The notes under the pieces were generated by a model. The model saw only the letters and a list, made by a program, of their open reading frames with translations, ran no database searches and was not told the origin of the DNA. Source: Candidatus Sericytochromatia bacterium (GTDB lineage: Bacteria > Cyanobacteriota > Sericytochromatia > S15B-MN24 > UBA4093). From it: 31,798 nt of DNA. A program made the translations under genes and the position numbers. The DNA is taken from the NCBI GenBank assembly GCA_044235265.1, contig JBIIHZ010000001.1, positions 1-31,798 on the forward strand, given 5' to 3'. Of this stretch, positions 30,287 to 31,798 are shown in pieces; the first letter of the stretch is position 1, and every line of letters begins with the position of its first letter.

Positions 30287-31798
30287 TCAGGCCAGAGATT
30301 TCCGGGTGCCCGACCGGGTCAGTCCCCCTTCACCTTCCGTGGAGTTCGCTGTCGCGGCTTCCCCGGCCGCAGCGACCCAGTGTGCAGGCACGGTTGCCCG
30401 GACGAAACGCATGGCAAAGTCCAACGCGTTGACGTAGGTGATGTTGTTGCCCTCGATCGGGTCCCAGAGGCCTACCCCTTTCGCCGCGACGTTACCCAGG
30501 TCGAGCAAGACCATGGAGTGCAGCGATCCGTCCGGCATGCGCATCGAGATCTTGGGGACGCCATCGACCGATTCCCGCATGCCCTTCAGCACGGCATCCG
30601 CATCGGGATTCGAGGACAGGCTCAGCAGGAAGGCGATGACCTGATCCGGGCCGAGGGTGGCCCAGTCGCCGCCGAGAAGCTTCTCGTGCAGCATCTCGCT
30701 GGAACGGGGACCGATCGCCGTCTGTCCGTCCCAGCTCGTCGTACCCGCCGCCAGGGCGCCCAGGCTGGTCTGCAAGGCCAGATCGACCAGAGAGCGTCCG
30801 CCCGCCTCCGAGGGGTTGAATGAGGCAAGTGGCATCGTGGAGCCATCCGTCAGGGTCGCGCTGCCCCGTGTCACCAGCCCCACGGCGATGCGGGCGAAAT
30901 CCGAGGGGCGCGTGAAGGCGAGCTCGCCCTCGAGCGTTGCCAGCGTGCAATCGAGCGTTCCAAGTCCTTGACGCGTCTCCTCCGGGGCGACGAGGCGATC
31001 GAGGATCTGGCGGGCGATCTCCGGCTTTCCGACCGCCTCGAAGGCCGGGTGCAGAGGACTGCTGATCAGGCTGGCCAGGTGTTCGATGGCCAGAGCCCCC
31101 GAGGCATCGGGCCGGTAGGCATTCCCGGTGATGAGGTTGCCCTGGAACTCCTTGGAGTTTTTCAGGGCCATCGCCAGCTTGTCGGCAACGGCATCAGCCC
31201 CGGCGTCATCCAGGCCTTCCGAGGCCAGGCCGTAAACGTCGTAGACGGCCTTCTTCTGGGCCGCGCTGAGCGGAGAGCCGTCGGGTAGCCGGGCTGCATG
31301 GACGGCTTCCTGAAGACGGTCGAATCCGGACCGGGGGAGGCCCTCGAGCGGAGGAAGCATCGAGCTCATGTCCACGTTCACACCGGGACCGAGTTCGTCC
31401 AGAGGTGACGCCGGCGCCACGGGAGCGCCCTGGCCTGGCATCTCGACGGTCCTGGAAGTGGCTCCGCCGAAAGAGGGCATCTCGACGGTCCTGGAAGTGG
31501 CTCCGCCGAAGGAGGGCATCTCGACGGTCCTGGAGGTGGGGCCACCGAAGGAGGGCATCTCGACGGTCCTGGCCGAGGTCGGAATCCCGATCCCGGGAGG
31601 CAAGGAGACGGTGGAGGCGGGTTGCACGAGGCTCGGCCCAGGTGCAGGCAAACCGCCGAGGCCTATGGAAGTCGGGTCACCGCGCAGGTTTCCATCCACG
31701 AGCGGGTTCTGAACGGCAGCTTCACGTCCGTCTGCAGCCTGACCGGTCATGCCCGGCATGGAAACGGTGCTGGCAGCGCGAGGCATCTCGACGTTGGA
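30287..31798 (-). CDS. Pro/Gly-rich repeat protein with putative C-terminal papain-fold cysteine peptidase domain, probably 5'-partial
   Basis: Frame is open to the window edge beyond ATG 31786. Low-complexity N-terminus, helical middle, then Q273...C280 (RQGLGTLDCT), H423 (LHSMVLL) and D442 (WDP), numbered from ATG 31786. Confidence 0.7.
   Translation of the reverse strand, partial: SNVEMPRAASTVSMPGMTGQAADGREAAVQNPLVDGNLRGDPTSIGLGGLPAPGPSLVQPASTVSLPPGIGIPTSARTVEMPSFGGPTSRTVEMPSFGGATSRTVEMPSFGGATSRTVEMPGQGAPVAPASPLDELGPGVNVDMSSMLPPLEGLPRSGFDRLQEAVHAARLPDGSPLSAAQKKAVYDVYGLASEGLDDAGADAVADKLAMALKNSKEFQGNLITGNAYRPDASGALAIEHLASLISSPLHPAFEAVGKPEIARQILDRLVAPEETRQGLGTLDCTLATLEGELAFTRPSDFARIAVGLVTRGSATLTDGSTMPLASFNPSEAGGRSLVDLALQTSLGALAAGTTSWDGQTAIGPRSSEMLHEKLLGGDWATLGPDQVIAFLLSLSSNPDADAVLKGMRESVDGVPKISMRMPDGSLHSMVLLDLGNVAAKGVGLWDPIEGNNITYVNALDFAMRFVRATVPAHWVAAAGEAATANSTEGEGGLTRSGTRKSLA
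31437..31572 (-). repeat. 39-nt coding tandem repeat, about 3.5 copies, (S/A)RTVEMPSFGG(A/P)T
   Basis: Units at 31437-31475, 31476-31514 and 31515-31553, plus a partial unit at 31554-31572. In frame with the 30287-31798 CDS. Confidence 0.95.

Noticed and set aside
31437-31572. 39-nt direct repeats as a CRISPR array
   Set aside because: Units are contiguous with no unique spacers, are in frame within a CDS, and there are no cas genes.

Overview
High-GC (roughly 68-70% by eye) bacterial chromosomal window with about 30 CDS and one tRNA-Val(TAC). No CRISPR array, integrase, transposase or rRNA was found. Housekeeping genes: LptA/OstA-like (5'-partial), ABC-F, yqhD, fabI, comF, tyrA-aroA, rpsA, DUF512 radical SAM and gltX. 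The host looks diderm, with a short S1, DUF512 and a tRNA without encoded CCA. A non-photosynthetic relative of cyanobacteria (e.g. Sericytochromatia) is plausible, but this is inference only. Four uncharacterised modules stand out. (1) 26870-30278: a translationally coupled operon (two ATGA overlaps) encoding a protein with four SH3/Tudor-like repeats plus an EDR1-type domain whose catalytic-position Cys is Val, then an atypical Ser/Thr kinase, then a TPR protein. This is a split version of the EDR1-domain+kinase architecture of plant CTR1/EDR1 kinases. (2) 6001-8757: two paralogous lipoproteins carrying perfectly conserved but synonymously diverged LTTVAP repeats, flanking an M48 metalloprotease. 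(3) 17541-22403: an osmotic-stress-type cluster in which a GT20 sugar-phosphate synthase is paired with a non-HAD phosphatase-like protein rather than OtsB, divergent from GT4, YmgE-like and MscS/CmpX-like genes. (4) 30287->31798: a repeat-rich protein with a putative papain-fold Cys-His-Asp domain. Also noted: a candidate ~90-nt structured ncRNA, a plant/chlamydial-type FabI, leaderless-type promoters and frequent GCGATCGC (HIP1) palindromes. All family assignments come from motif recognition, not database searches. Several starts were moved from the ORF track using RBS evidence.
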